Positions 1-9,074 of a stretch of DNA of 64,000 bases are shown here, piece after piece. Under the pieces are notes generated by a model. The model saw only the letters and a list, made by a program, of their open reading frames with translations. It was not told where the DNA came from and ran no database searches. Source of the DNA: Gammaproteobacteria bacterium. Its GTDB lineage: Bacteria > Pseudomonadota > Gammaproteobacteria > Eutrophobiales > Eutrophobiaceae. Made by a program: the position numbers and the translations under genes. The stretch covers positions 3,200,001 through 3,264,000 of the forward strand of contig OZ244905.1 in NCBI GenBank assembly GCA_965221695.1, given 5' to 3'. Within the stretch, counting starts at the first letter, position 1, and every line of letters starts with the position of its first letter.

Positions 1-348
1 AGCATTAAACGTTTGGCGAGGATGCTAGGCGCCGAGTTCAATGAAGGCGACGATGAGACGCCTTGGCTGGAAGTGGCGCGCCACATAGCGGCAAAACAAT
101 TTGAAAGAATCGATCAGGCATTCATCAGGGTAATGGACACGCTGGAAGACACTGTTGCAAACAATATTGTAGCTGCCGGCGCCGGACGCTTTATTATCGA
201 GAAAATTGCGCGCAAACATGCTTGTGAAGTCACTAGTTTTGAGGATTTGTTACCGATACCCGACCAGAAACTGCGCGCCGCCAATAATTGTTCTACCGCC
301 ATCGCGGTTGCAGGATTAGCTCGGCAATATGTCAATGCGTCTGATTGA
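1..348 (+). CDS. C-terminal part of a hydantoinase/oxoprolinase-fold H4MPT-linked C1 pathway protein (Orf9/MfnF-like), truncated by the window edge
   Basis: LARMLGAE...W...ARHIA..Q, AAGAGRF and a C-terminal C.TAIAVA motif. The order orf9-pabB-orf21 is the known arrangement in H4MPT gene clusters. Confidence 0.6.
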   Translation, partial: SIKRLARMLGAEFNEGDDETPWLEVARHIAAKQFERIDQAFIRVMDTLEDTVANNIVAAGAGRFIIEKIARKHACEVTSFEDLLPIPDQKLRAANNCSTAIAVAGLARQYVNASD

Positions 349-1687
349 ACTCGATTACACCCGGGACTCTGCCGCGCTGTTTTGCCATATCGCGCATGAG
401 CCTTGGAGTATTTTTCTGGACAGCGGCTATCCGTTGATAGACAGTGGTCGCTACGATATCATGAGCGCTCGTCCGTACCGGACTCTTCTCACCCACGGCG
501 AAGAAACCCGGATAGCCGGTGGCGCGGCTGTACAGTATTCAAAAGACGACCCGTTTGCCCTGGTCAAGCGCGAACTGGGCGATCATCGTATCAACTTCTC
601 TGGCCTCCCCTTTTCCGGTGGCGCGCTGGGGTATTTCTCCTATGACCTGGGACGCCGCATAGAACAATTGCCGACTCTGTGTGTGGATGACATCAACATG
701 CCTGATATGGCTATCGGCCTGTATGACTGGGCGGTCGTCGTCGACCATCACCGAAGAAGCGCCTGGCTGATGGCTGCGGACGGTTCCCAAATAGGCGAAA
801 CCGGTTGGAAAGCTTTGCAGAAGCTGTTCAGCAAGAGCAATACTCGGGAAACGTCTGCTTATTCGGCGCTATCGAACCTGCTCACTCATACCAATAAGGA
901 GCAGTATCGGGAAGCCTTTGACCGGATCAAGCGCTATATCCGTGAGGGCGATTGTTATCAGGTAAACCTGGCCCAGCGTTTCAGTGTTGCTGTTTCAGGG
1001 GACCCATGGAGCGTATATCGGCGTTTGAGAAAATTCAACCCGGCTCCTTTTTCCTGCTTTTTTCGACTGGAGGATGCCAGTATACTGAGTTCCTCGCCGG
1101 AGCGGTTTCTTTCCGTCTCCAATGACCTGGTGGAAACCAAACCTATTAAGGGCACCATAAGACGCTCAGTTTATGCCTATGAAGACACAGCCCTGGCGGC
1201 GCAACTGCTCGAAAGTGAAAAAGACCGGGCAGAAAACCTGATGATCGTCGACCTACTGCGGAATGATATCGGCAAGAATTGTGAAACAGGCAGCGTTATG
1301 GTTCCGAGTTTGTTTGCGCTGGAAAGCTTTGCCAGCGTCCATCACCTGGTCAGCACCGTGACTGGCAGGCTTGCCCAGGGCCGGCACGCGTTGGATCTGC
1401 TACGCGGCGCGTTTCCCGGCGGCTCCATCACCGGCGCGCCGAAACTGCGCGCCATGCAGATCATCGAAGAACTGGAGAAATACCGCCGCGGTGTTTATTG
1501 TGGCGCCATCGGTTATATCGGCTTCGACGGCAATATGGACAGTAGCATTGCGATACGCACCCTGACGCACAAAGATGACAGGACTTATTTCTGGGCAGGC
1601 GGAGGGATTGTGGCGGATTCCAGCGCTGACTCCGAATATACGGAGTGTTATACCAAAGCGGAAGCCATCATGCGGCTATTCAGGTAG
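329..1687 (+). CDS. pabB: Aminodeoxychorismate synthase component I
   Basis: PFSGGALGYFSYDLG, GDCYQVNLAQRF, SSSPERF, TKPIKGT, KDRAENLMIVDLLRND, FPGGSITGAPK motifs. Confidence 0.93.
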   Translation: MSMRLIELDYTRDSAALFCHIAHEPWSIFLDSGYPLIDSGRYDIMSARPYRTLLTHGEETRIAGGAAVQYSKDDPFALVKRELGDHRINFSGLPFSGGALGYFSYDLGRRIEQLPTLCVDDINMPDMAIGLYDWAVVVDHHRRSAWLMAADGSQIGETGWKALQKLFSKSNTRETSAYSALSNLLTHTNKEQYREAFDRIKRYIREGDCYQVNLAQRFSVAVSGDPWSVYRRLRKFNPAPFSCFFRLEDASILSSSPERFLSVSNDLVETKPIKGTIRRSVYAYEDTALAAQLLESEKDRAENLMIVDLLRNDIGKNCETGSVMVPSLFALESFASVHHLVSTVTGRLAQGRHALDLLRGAFPGGSITGAPKLRAMQIIEELEKYRRGVYCGAIGYIGFDGNMDSSIAIRTLTHKDDRTYFWAGGGIVADSSADSEYTECYTKAEAIMRLFR

Positions 1688-1708
1688 TCTGGATGTAACG
1701 GTCTTGAT

Positions 1709-2347
1709 ATGTGGATAGTCAAGGTGGGCGGCAGTCTGGAAACGGCTTCCGGACTGCGGCCGCTACTGACGCTGCTGGCCGATTATGGCCATACAGGAGT
1801 CATCATCGTACCCGGCGGCGGGCGCTTCGCCGAGCGGGTGCGCGCCGAACAACGCATTACAGGTATGGATGATACCGCCGCGCATGGCTTGGCGATCCGG
1901 GCCATGGAACAATACGCCGCGGTATTGTGCGCGCTGGAGCCGCGGCTGTATCCCATTGCCAACGTCAGCGAAATAACCGGCGCAAGAAGGGCATCCACGG
2001 TCCCGGTTTGGCTGCCCGCTGACTTGCTTGCCGGTGAACCCGGCGTACCCGCGAACTGGCAGGTGACCTCGGACAGCCTGGCCCTGTGGTTTGCCGGAAA
2101 GGTAAATGCCGAAGCGTTAATCCTGATCAAGTCAGTATCGAATAAGACAAACAACGCAAAAGAACTTGCCGCGTCCGGATACCTGGATGACTATTTTCCG
2201 GAGATGATGAAAAAAACAGCCCTTGGGATGATCGCCTGCATCAGTATCGAAAATCAGCAAATCCTGCGGCAAGCGCTGGCCTCCCGCACAATACCGCCTG
2301 AATTACGGATAGTCGCGCAGGTTAAATCAAGAAGGCCTGGCGCCTGA
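1709..2347 (+). CDS. Amino-acid-kinase family protein (Orf21/MfnE-like, methylofuran biosynthesis)
   Basis: VKVGGSL, VPGGGRFA, H.LAI.AMEQY, WQVTSDSLA motifs; neighbour of orf9-like gene and pabB. Confidence 0.7.
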   Translation: MWIVKVGGSLETASGLRPLLTLLADYGHTGVIIVPGGGRFAERVRAEQRITGMDDTAAHGLAIRAMEQYAAVLCALEPRLYPIANVSEITGARRASTVPVWLPADLLAGEPGVPANWQVTSDSLALWFAGKVNAEALILIKSVSNKTNNAKELAASGYLDDYFPEMMKKTALGMIACISIENQQILRQALASRTIPPELRIVAQVKSRRPGA

Positions 2348-2427
2348 AGGAGGTTAGAGGCGCCAGGCAAAGCGCCGAGCTCCTGCTGGGCTTCCCGCTG
2401 AAATCGTTTTTTACCGGTCGAGCAGCA

Positions 2428-3645
2428 TCAGTCCCAGTTCAATACGCCACCGGTCTGGTATTCGGTTACGCGTGTTTCAAAAAAGTTCTTTTCTTTGTTC
2501 AGGTCCATGAGTTCACTCATCCAGGGAAAAGGGTTGCCGGCTCCGGGATACTGTTCGTTCAAACCGATCTGGGCGCAACGCCGGTTGGCGATGAACTTAA
2601 GATAATCTTCAAACATCCTGGCATTGAGGCCCAGCACACCTCTCGGCATAGTGTCGCAGGCATAACGGATCTCCAGTTCCACTGACTCGCGCAACATGGC
2701 GATAATTTCCTGTTGAAACTCCGCGGTCCATAAATGGGGGTTTTCAATTTTTATCTGATTGATCACGTCGATGCCGAAGTTCATGTGCATGGATTCATCC
2801 CGCAGGATGTATTGAAACTGCTCGGCGCAGCCCGTCATCTTGTTGCGCCGGCCCATGGACAGGACTTGTACGAAACCCACGTAGAAAAAGATGCCTTCGA
2901 ATACAATATAAAACGCAATCAGGTCCCGCAACAGGCGTTGGTCAGCCTTAGGCGTGCCGGTATGGAAGGTCGGGTCGCCAAGGCTTTGGGTGAAACGCAT
3001 AGCCCATGCGGCCTTGTCGTGTATGGAAGGTATCTCGCGATACATGTTGAATACCTCGGCCTGATCCAAGCCTAGCGACTCAACACAGTACTGGTAGGCA
3101 TGGGTATGCAAAGCCTCTTCAAAAGCCTGCCGCAGCAGGTATTGGCGGCACTCGGGATTGGTAATATGCCGATACACCGCCAACACCAGGTTGTTGGCCA
3201 CCAGTGAATCTGCGGACGCGAAGAACCCCAGGTTGCGTTTTATGATGATCCGTTCATCCTCGCTGAGACCATCAGGGTTTTTCCACAACGCAATGTCTGC
3301 GTTCATGTTGATTTCCTGGGGCATCCAGTGATTGGCGCAGGCGTCCAGGTATTTCTGCCAGGCCCAGGTATATTTGAACGGCACCAGTTGATTCAGATCG
3401 GCGCGGCAGTTGATCATCTGCTTGTCGTCGACACTGATCCTGCCAGCGCCGAATTCGACTTCCTCCAGGCCGGTGGCGCCGCCCGTGTCAGGGCCTTGTC
3501 CGGATGTGAACAACAGGTCCGGGTCCGACGGCACAGGGTCGTTAGTTGCTTCCGGTCCTGGCGCCGCGACCGCATGGGGTGGCGGGTTGTTCTCCCCTTT
3601 CACTTGTTTGATATTTGCAATAGGATCATCCCAACTGGTCAACAT
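2428..3645 (-). CDS. nrdB: Ribonucleotide reductase class Ia beta subunit
   Basis: [30 protein letters not shown] and C-terminal [13 protein letters not shown]. Start taken at the ATG at 3645 after AAGG; the ORF track extends to 3654. Confidence 0.95.
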   Translation of the reverse strand: MLTSWDDPIANIKQVKGENNPPPHAVAAPGPEATNDPVPSDPDLLFTSGQGPDTGGATGLEEVEFGAGRISVDDKQMINCRADLNQLVPFKYTWAWQKYLDACANHWMPQEINMNADIALWKNPDGLSEDERIIIKRNLGFFASADSLVANNLVLAVYRHITNPECRQYLLRQAFEEALHTHAYQYCVESLGLDQAEVFNMYREIPSIHDKAAWAMRFTQSLGDPTFHTGTPKADQRLLRDLIAFYIVFEGIFFYVGFVQVLSMGRRNKMTGCAEQFQYILRDESMHMNFGIDVINQIKIENPHLWTAEFQQEIIAMLRESVELEIRYACDTMPRGVLGLNARMFEDYLKFIANRRCAQIGLNEQYPGAGNPFPWMSELMDLNKEKNFFETRVTEYQTGGVLNWD

Positions 3646-3771
3646 AGTATTCACCTTATCAGAGAACAGAAGAAGGAGGGCAGAAGACAGAAAATGGAAC
3701 TGGACAGGTAACCGGGCTCATATTCATAGACCGTATGATACTGTTCTCCGTCCTTTGCGCTCTGTTTCGTG

Positions 3772-6717
3772 TCACTGGCATGACTCACAGTCCACCTCGT
3801 TTAACGAACAGACCTTGGCTTCCGGTTGTTCGGAATTTTTGCGTTCAACCGCGGCAAGCCTGTTTTCCCGACCACCGCTCAAGGTGGATTTTTCCACGTG
3901 GGTCGCGCCCAGGCTGCGCAGGTAATAGGTTGTCTTAAGACCTCTTACCCAGGCCAGCTTGTACAGGTTGTCCATTTTCTTGCCGTCCGGCGCGGACATG
4001 TACAAATTCAAAGACTGCGCTTGATCGATCCATTTCTGCCGGCGTGACGCGCATTCCACCAGCCAGCGCGGATCCACCTCGAAGGCAGTCGAGTAAAGCA
4101 GTTTCAAATCATCCGGAATGCGGTCGATCTGCTGCACGCTACCGTCGAAATATTTCAGGTCGCTGACCATGACCTCATCCCAGATCCCCCGCGCCTTAAG
4201 GTCATTCACCATATACGGGTTGACCACGGTAAACTCGCCGGACAGGTTTGATTTGACAAACAGGTTCTGGTAAGTCGGTTCGATGGACTGGCTGACGCCG
4301 CAAATGTTGGAAATTGTCGCAGTCGGAGCAATGGCCATGCAATTGGAATTACGCATGCCCGTCTTTTTTACGCGTTTACGTAATGTGGCCCAATCGAGTC
4401 TGCTGGTTTTGTCCATCTCCAGATACCCGTCCCGACTTTTATCCAGCGCGTCGATGGAATCGATTGGCAGAACGCCCTTGCTCCAGAGTGAGCCCTTGAA
4501 ACTGGTATATGCGCCGCGTTCCTCAGCCAGGTCGGTCGACGCCTTGATGGCATAATAGCTGACCATCTCCATACTGGAATCGGCAAATTCAACCGCTTCC
4601 TCGGACGCATACGCCAGACGCAGTTTATACAGCGCATCCTGGAACCCCATAAGACCTAAGCCCACCGGACGATGTTTCAGGTTGGAACGGCGAGCCTGCG
4701 GCACGCTGTAATAGTTATAGTCGATGACGTTGTCCAGCATGCGCATGGCGGTGTTGATGGTCTGTTCCAGCTTGGCCTGGTCCACGCCGTCTTCGGTTAC
4801 GTGTTGGGCCAGGTTCACGGAACCGAGGTTGCAGACAGCTATTTCGTCGTCCGACGTGTTCAATGTGATCTCGGTGCACAGGTTGGAAGAATGCACCACG
4901 CCGATATGCTGTTGCGGTGAGCGCAGGTTACACGGGTCTTTGAACGTGAGCCACGGGTGGCCGGTCTCATACAGCATTGAGAGCATCTTACGCCACAGGT
5001 CCTGCGCCTTTAGGGTTTTGTGCAGCTTCAGTTGGCCCTGAGTCGCCATTTGCTCGTATTCCTGGTAGCGCTGGGCAAACTCATCTCCACACAAGTCATG
5101 CAGATCCGGTGTGTCATCCGGAGAGAACAGAGTCCAGTTTCCGCCCTCGCAGACGCGCTGCATGAACAGGTCCGGGATCCAGTTGGCGGTATTCATGTCG
5201 TGGGTGCGACGCCGGTCATCGCCGGTATTTTTGCGCAACTCCAGGAATTCCTCGATATCCAGATGCCAGCTTTCCAGGTAGCCGCACATGGCGCCTTTAC
5301 GTTTTCCTCCCTGGTTAACAGCTACCGCGGTATCATTGGCAACCTTGAGGAACGGGACCACCCCCTGGGACTTTCCGTTGGTCCCTTTGATGTGCGCGCC
5401 CATGGAGCGCACCCGGCTCCAGTCATTGCCCAGTCCGCCGGCGAATTTGGATAACAGGGCATCGTCCCTGATCGCGCTGAAGATACCGTCGAGGTTGTCG
5501 GGCACCGTAGTCAGGTAACAACTGGAAAGTTGTGGCCGGCATGTTCCCGAATTAAACAGGGTAGGCGTGGAACTCATGAAATCGAAGGAGGACAACAGTT
5601 CGTAGAACTCGATCGTCCTGCTTTCCCGGTCCAACTCGTTAATGGCCAGGCCCATCGCCACGCGCATGAAGAAAGCCTGCGGCAGTTCGATACGGACATG
5701 CTCATCGGTATGGATGAAATAGCGGTCGTACAGAGTCTGCAGGCCCAAGTAGGTGAACAGGTGGTCCCGTTCAGGCTTCAGCGCCTTGCCCAGACGGTCC
5801 AGGTCGTACTTCACCAGTTCATGGCCCAACAGGTCCAGGGACGCGGCGGTCTCAATATACTTGCGGAAATACAGCGGGTAGCGCTCGGCCATCTGTGTCT
5901 GGGTTGCTTCCGTGGCGCCCTGGTTGATATAACTCAGGGCTTCCTTGCGCAAGCCGTCCAGCAACAGGCGGGCGGCCACGTAGGTGTAATTCGGCTCTTT
6001 TTCGATCAGCGCCCGGGCGCTCATGACCAGCGCATGGTTGACATCGGATTCATTGACCCCTTCGAACAGGTTGCGCTGCGCATCGTCAATTATGAGACTA
6101 CCGTCAACCTGTTCCAGACCGTTGCATGCCTCGTTGACGACGGCAAACACGCGCTCCATATCCAGTTTTTTCAACGCGCCGTCTGCGGTTTTTACATTGA
6201 TGCCACCGCTTGTGTCGTCCTGCTCGAGCTGCGCGTCGCCGGCTGTTTCAACACGGTCCCGAGCCCGTTGCTCCCGATAGATTACGTACGCGCGCGCCAC
6301 CTTCTGTTCCCCGGCGCGCATCAATGCCAGTTCGACCTGATCCTGGATATCCTCAATGTGTACAGTGCCGCCACTGGGCAGACGGCGCGTCACGCCCCTG
6401 GCCACCTGCTCGGTGAGCTCCTTCACTTTTTCATGGACGCGCGTAGACGCTGCAGCGGCGCCACCTTCCACCTCCAGGAAAGCCTTGGTGATGGCAACGC
6501 TGATTTTGGATGCGTTAAAAGCCGTGACCTTGCCGTTACGGCGGATGACGTTATATTCTCCGGGTTGGTAGGCAGTCAATTCGCCGGTATATTCCGGATC
6601 CGGCTGCCCGCCGTTCTGTTTGGCAGGTTCTTTGCCGGTATGAATCCCGTCGGCGTTTACGTCAATCACGGACTCTGCCAGGACAGATTTTTCGCTTTGC
6701 ATAGGGCCTATCCGCAT
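3772..6717 (-). CDS. nrdA: Ribonucleotide reductase class Ia alpha subunit with two N-terminal ATP cones
   Basis: VIRRNG and VKTADG cone starts, STPTLFNSG, SSCY, SNLCTEI, VCNLGS, APTATIS, LKTTYYLR and C-terminal C...CESCQ. Confidence 0.96.
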   Translation of the reverse strand: MRIGPMQSEKSVLAESVIDVNADGIHTGKEPAKQNGGQPDPEYTGELTAYQPGEYNVIRRNGKVTAFNASKISVAITKAFLEVEGGAAAASTRVHEKVKELTEQVARGVTRRLPSGGTVHIEDIQDQVELALMRAGEQKVARAYVIYREQRARDRVETAGDAQLEQDDTSGGINVKTADGALKKLDMERVFAVVNEACNGLEQVDGSLIIDDAQRNLFEGVNESDVNHALVMSARALIEKEPNYTYVAARLLLDGLRKEALSYINQGATEATQTQMAERYPLYFRKYIETAASLDLLGHELVKYDLDRLGKALKPERDHLFTYLGLQTLYDRYFIHTDEHVRIELPQAFFMRVAMGLAINELDRESRTIEFYELLSSFDFMSSTPTLFNSGTCRPQLSSCYLTTVPDNLDGIFSAIRDDALLSKFAGGLGNDWSRVRSMGAHIKGTNGKSQGVVPFLKVANDTAVAVNQGGKRKGAMCGYLESWHLDIEEFLELRKNTGDDRRRTHDMNTANWIPDLFMQRVCEGGNWTLFSPDDTPDLHDLCGDEFAQRYQEYEQMATQGQLKLHKTLKAQDLWRKMLSMLYETGHPWLTFKDPCNLRSPQQHIGVVHSSNLCTEITLNTSDDEIAVCNLGSVNLAQHVTEDGVDQAKLEQTINTAMRMLDNVIDYNYYSVPQARRSNLKHRPVGLGLMGFQDALYKLRLAYASEEAVEFADSSMEMVSYYAIKASTDLAEERGAYTSFKGSLWSKGVLPIDSIDALDKSRDGYLEMDKTSRLDWATLRKRVKKTGMRNSNCMAIAPTATISNICGVSQSIEPTYQNLFVKSNLSGEFTVVNPYMVNDLKARGIWDEVMVSDLKYFDGSVQQIDRIPDDLKLLYSTAFEVDPRWLVECASRRQKWIDQAQSLNLYMSAPDGKKMDNLYKLAWVRGLKTTYYLRSLGATHVEKSTLSGGRENRLAAVERKNSEQPEAKVCSLNEVDCESCQ

Positions 6718-6804
6718 AAATTATTGGTATTGAATGCCGCTTGCGGGACTGGTCAGGAACCCGGAAGCGGGGTGAAGTCTGTTACGCGAAACTTAAGTAT
6801 TACA

Positions 6805-6852
6805 CTACTATATTCTGTGGTCAAGTAATTTTTTCACAACAATATCTGGTGG
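6805..6852. promoter_or_regulatory. Tandem NrdR boxes
   Basis: CTACTATATTCTGTGG (6805-6820) and CAACAATATCTGGTGG (6837-6852), 32 bp apart, upstream of nrdA; resemble the acaCwAtATaTwGtg consensus. Confidence 0.7.
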
Positions 6853-6881
6853 GTTTTGCTGTGGTTTAGCATTGGGTAACT

Positions 6882-6890
6882 TGTGGATAA
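6882..6890 (-). promoter_or_regulatory. DnaA box upstream of nrdA
   Basis: TGTGGATAA, the reverse complement of the perfect TTATCCACA. Confidence 0.6.
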
Positions 6891-6970
6891 GCTGCGGAAA
6901 AAAATGGGTCGGAATATCTTGTTAAATAGCTCTATAATATCCGTTCTTCAACAATTTACAGGGAGACAAA

Positions 6971-9070
6971 ATGGGCTTACGCATCGGTGTAGACGTGGGC
7001 GGCACCTTCACGGATTTTCTGGTCGTGGATGCGGCTGGCAATACCGATATCCATAAGACCTCGACGACGCCTGAGGATCCGTCTGTGGGCTTTTTCCGCG
7101 GTCTGCAAAAGGCAGCGCAACAGCGCGGACTGTCGCTGAACGAATTCCTGCGGCAGGTGGAAACCATCGTTCATGGCACTACCATTACCACCAACGCCAC
7201 CCTGACCGGCGATGGCGCGAACGCCGGTTTTATCACGACAAAAGGTTTTCGCGATGTGCTCAATATGCGTCGTGGCCTGAAAGAGCGCCAGTTTGAAAAA
7301 TATGCCCCGCCGCCGGCCCTGATACCACGCCGCCACATTCAACCGGTTGAAGAACGCATTAACGTCCTGGGTGAAGCGCTAATATCCCTGAATGAGGAAG
7401 ATGTCCGGCGCGCGGCCCGCTATTTCCGGGAGCAAGACATCGAAGCCGTCGCCGTGTCGTTCCTCTGGTCGTTCCGCAATCCTGCCCATGAGTTGAGGGT
7501 AAGGGAAATACTGGAACAGGAACTGCCCGGCATCTACGTGTCGCTGTCCACAGAAGTCCTGCCGCAGATCCGTTTGTACGAGAGAAACAGCGCCACCGCG
7601 TTGAATGCTTATGTGGGCCCGGTATTGACCCGTTATATTTCCAGGTTGCTGGCCCGGCTCGAAACCGGGAACTTTGCCGGCAACTTGTTGATCATGCAAT
7701 CCAACGGCGGGGTCATGTCGCCCCAGGTGGCGCAGCGCTACGCTTCCAACACCTTATTATCCGGGCCGGCCGGCGCGCCCATGGCCGGCGTGTTCTACGG
7801 CAGCACGCAAGGTTTCAAAAATGTCATTACCATCGACATGGGCGGCACTTCGTTCGATGTGGCCCTGGTAAAAAATGCCGAACCGGCAGTGACTACGGAA
7901 GGAACCATCGGCGAACACCGCATCGCCTCGCCCATCCTGGATATCCATACCATTGGCGCCGGCGGCGGCTCCATCGCTTGGATCGACTCGGGCGGACTGC
8001 TTGCCGTCGGCCCGAAGAGCGCCGGCGCCGCTCCGGGACCGGCCTGTTACGGCCGCGGCGGCGTCCTGCCGACGGTCACCGATGCGCAGTATGTGCTGGG
8101 TTACCTGGACCCGACATATTTTGCCGCCGGCGAATTGCAGCTCGACGCCGAAGCGGCGCGCGCCGCCATAGATCAACATATTGCGCAACCGTTATCCATG
8201 GACCTGGTTGCGGCGGCGGACGGCATTTACCAACTGGTCAATAACAATATGGCGGCGGCTCTGGGCGTTGTGTCCGTGCAGCGGGGTTACGATCCCAGGG
8301 AGTTTGTGCTGGTGGTTGCCGGTGGAGCCGGGCCCATCCATGCCGCGGCTATCGCCAAGGAGCTGGATATCCCGTTGATACTCATCCCCAGGGAATCGTC
8401 AGTGTTCTGCGCGGCCGGCATGTTGATCGCCGACCTCAAGCACGATTACGTCCGCACCTATGCCACCGATATCGATCAGGTCGATACAGAACAGGTCGCG
8501 GCCTTGTATGCAGAGATGGCGGCAACTGCCAGGAACACGCTGAAATCGGAGGCCGTTGCTGATGAATTGGTGGAGATAAACTATTCGGCAGACCTGCGCT
8601 ATATCGGCCAGTTCAATGAAGTCGAAGTGATGTTACCGAATGCCGGGGAATTATCTGAGCAGGTTCTGAAGCAGCTCTGTGACGCGTTCCATTTGAAACA
8701 CGACAGCTTGTACGGTTATTCGATGTCTGACGCGGAAGTGGAATTGATCAACCTGCGTATCAGCGCGCGCGGCAAGACCACAAAACCGGCCCAGGAACGT
8801 CATGAACCACGTGGCGCAGACGCCGAGCACGCGTTGTTGGGCGCAAGAAAAGCCTGGTTTGGCGGCGGGTTTGTCGATACCCCGGTCTATGACGGACTGG
8901 CCCTGACAAGCGGCAACCAGATCACTGGACCGGCCATAGTGGCGCAGCCTACCACTACGATTGTAACGCCGCCGGGTTTCAAATTGTGCTGTGATGACTA
9001 TAATAATTATCTTCTTTATCCAGAAGATAAAGACTTGGCCCAATTAATCAGCACATTACGCAACAGGTGA
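6971..9070 (+). CDS. Hydantoinase A/5-oxoprolinase-type ATP-dependent amidohydrolase, ATPase subunit
   Basis: IGVDVGGTFTD, HGTTITTN, MQSNGG, LSGPAG, DMGGTSFD, IGAGGGS, PGPACYG, DLRYIGQ. Confidence 0.9.
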   Translation: MGLRIGVDVGGTFTDFLVVDAAGNTDIHKTSTTPEDPSVGFFRGLQKAAQQRGLSLNEFLRQVETIVHGTTITTNATLTGDGANAGFITTKGFRDVLNMRRGLKERQFEKYAPPPALIPRRHIQPVEERINVLGEALISLNEEDVRRAARYFREQDIEAVAVSFLWSFRNPAHELRVREILEQELPGIYVSLSTEVLPQIRLYERNSATALNAYVGPVLTRYISRLLARLETGNFAGNLLIMQSNGGVMSPQVAQRYASNTLLSGPAGAPMAGVFYGSTQGFKNVITIDMGGTSFDVALVKNAEPAVTTEGTIGEHRIASPILDIHTIGAGGGSIAWIDSGGLLAVGPKSAGAAPGPACYGRGGVLPTVTDAQYVLGYLDPTYFAAGELQLDAEAARAAIDQHIAQPLSMDLVAAADGIYQLVNNNMAAALGVVSVQRGYDPREFVLVVAGGAGPIHAAAIAKELDIPLILIPRESSVFCAAGMLIADLKHDYVRTYATDIDQVDTEQVAALYAEMAATARNTLKSEAVADELVEINYSADLRYIGQFNEVEVMLPNAGELSEQVLKQLCDAFHLKHDSLYGYSMSDAEVELINLRISARGKTTKPAQERHEPRGADAEHALLGARKAWFGGGFVDTPVYDGLALTSGNQITGPAIVAQPTTTIVTPPGFKLCCDDYNNYLLYPEDKDLAQLISTLRNR

Positions 9071-9074
9071 TGCT

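Noticed and set aside
5530-6828. Long antisense ORFs (432 aa here; also 14274-15215, 20333-21094, 59390-60355, 60671-61393, 61481-62305)
   Set aside because: They are shadows of well-supported genes on the opposite strand in GC-rich DNA and have no recognisable motifs.
6860-6902. DnaA boxes as a replication origin
   Set aside because: Only one perfect box, no AT-rich unwinding repeats and no oriC-linked genes; better explained as nrdA regulation.
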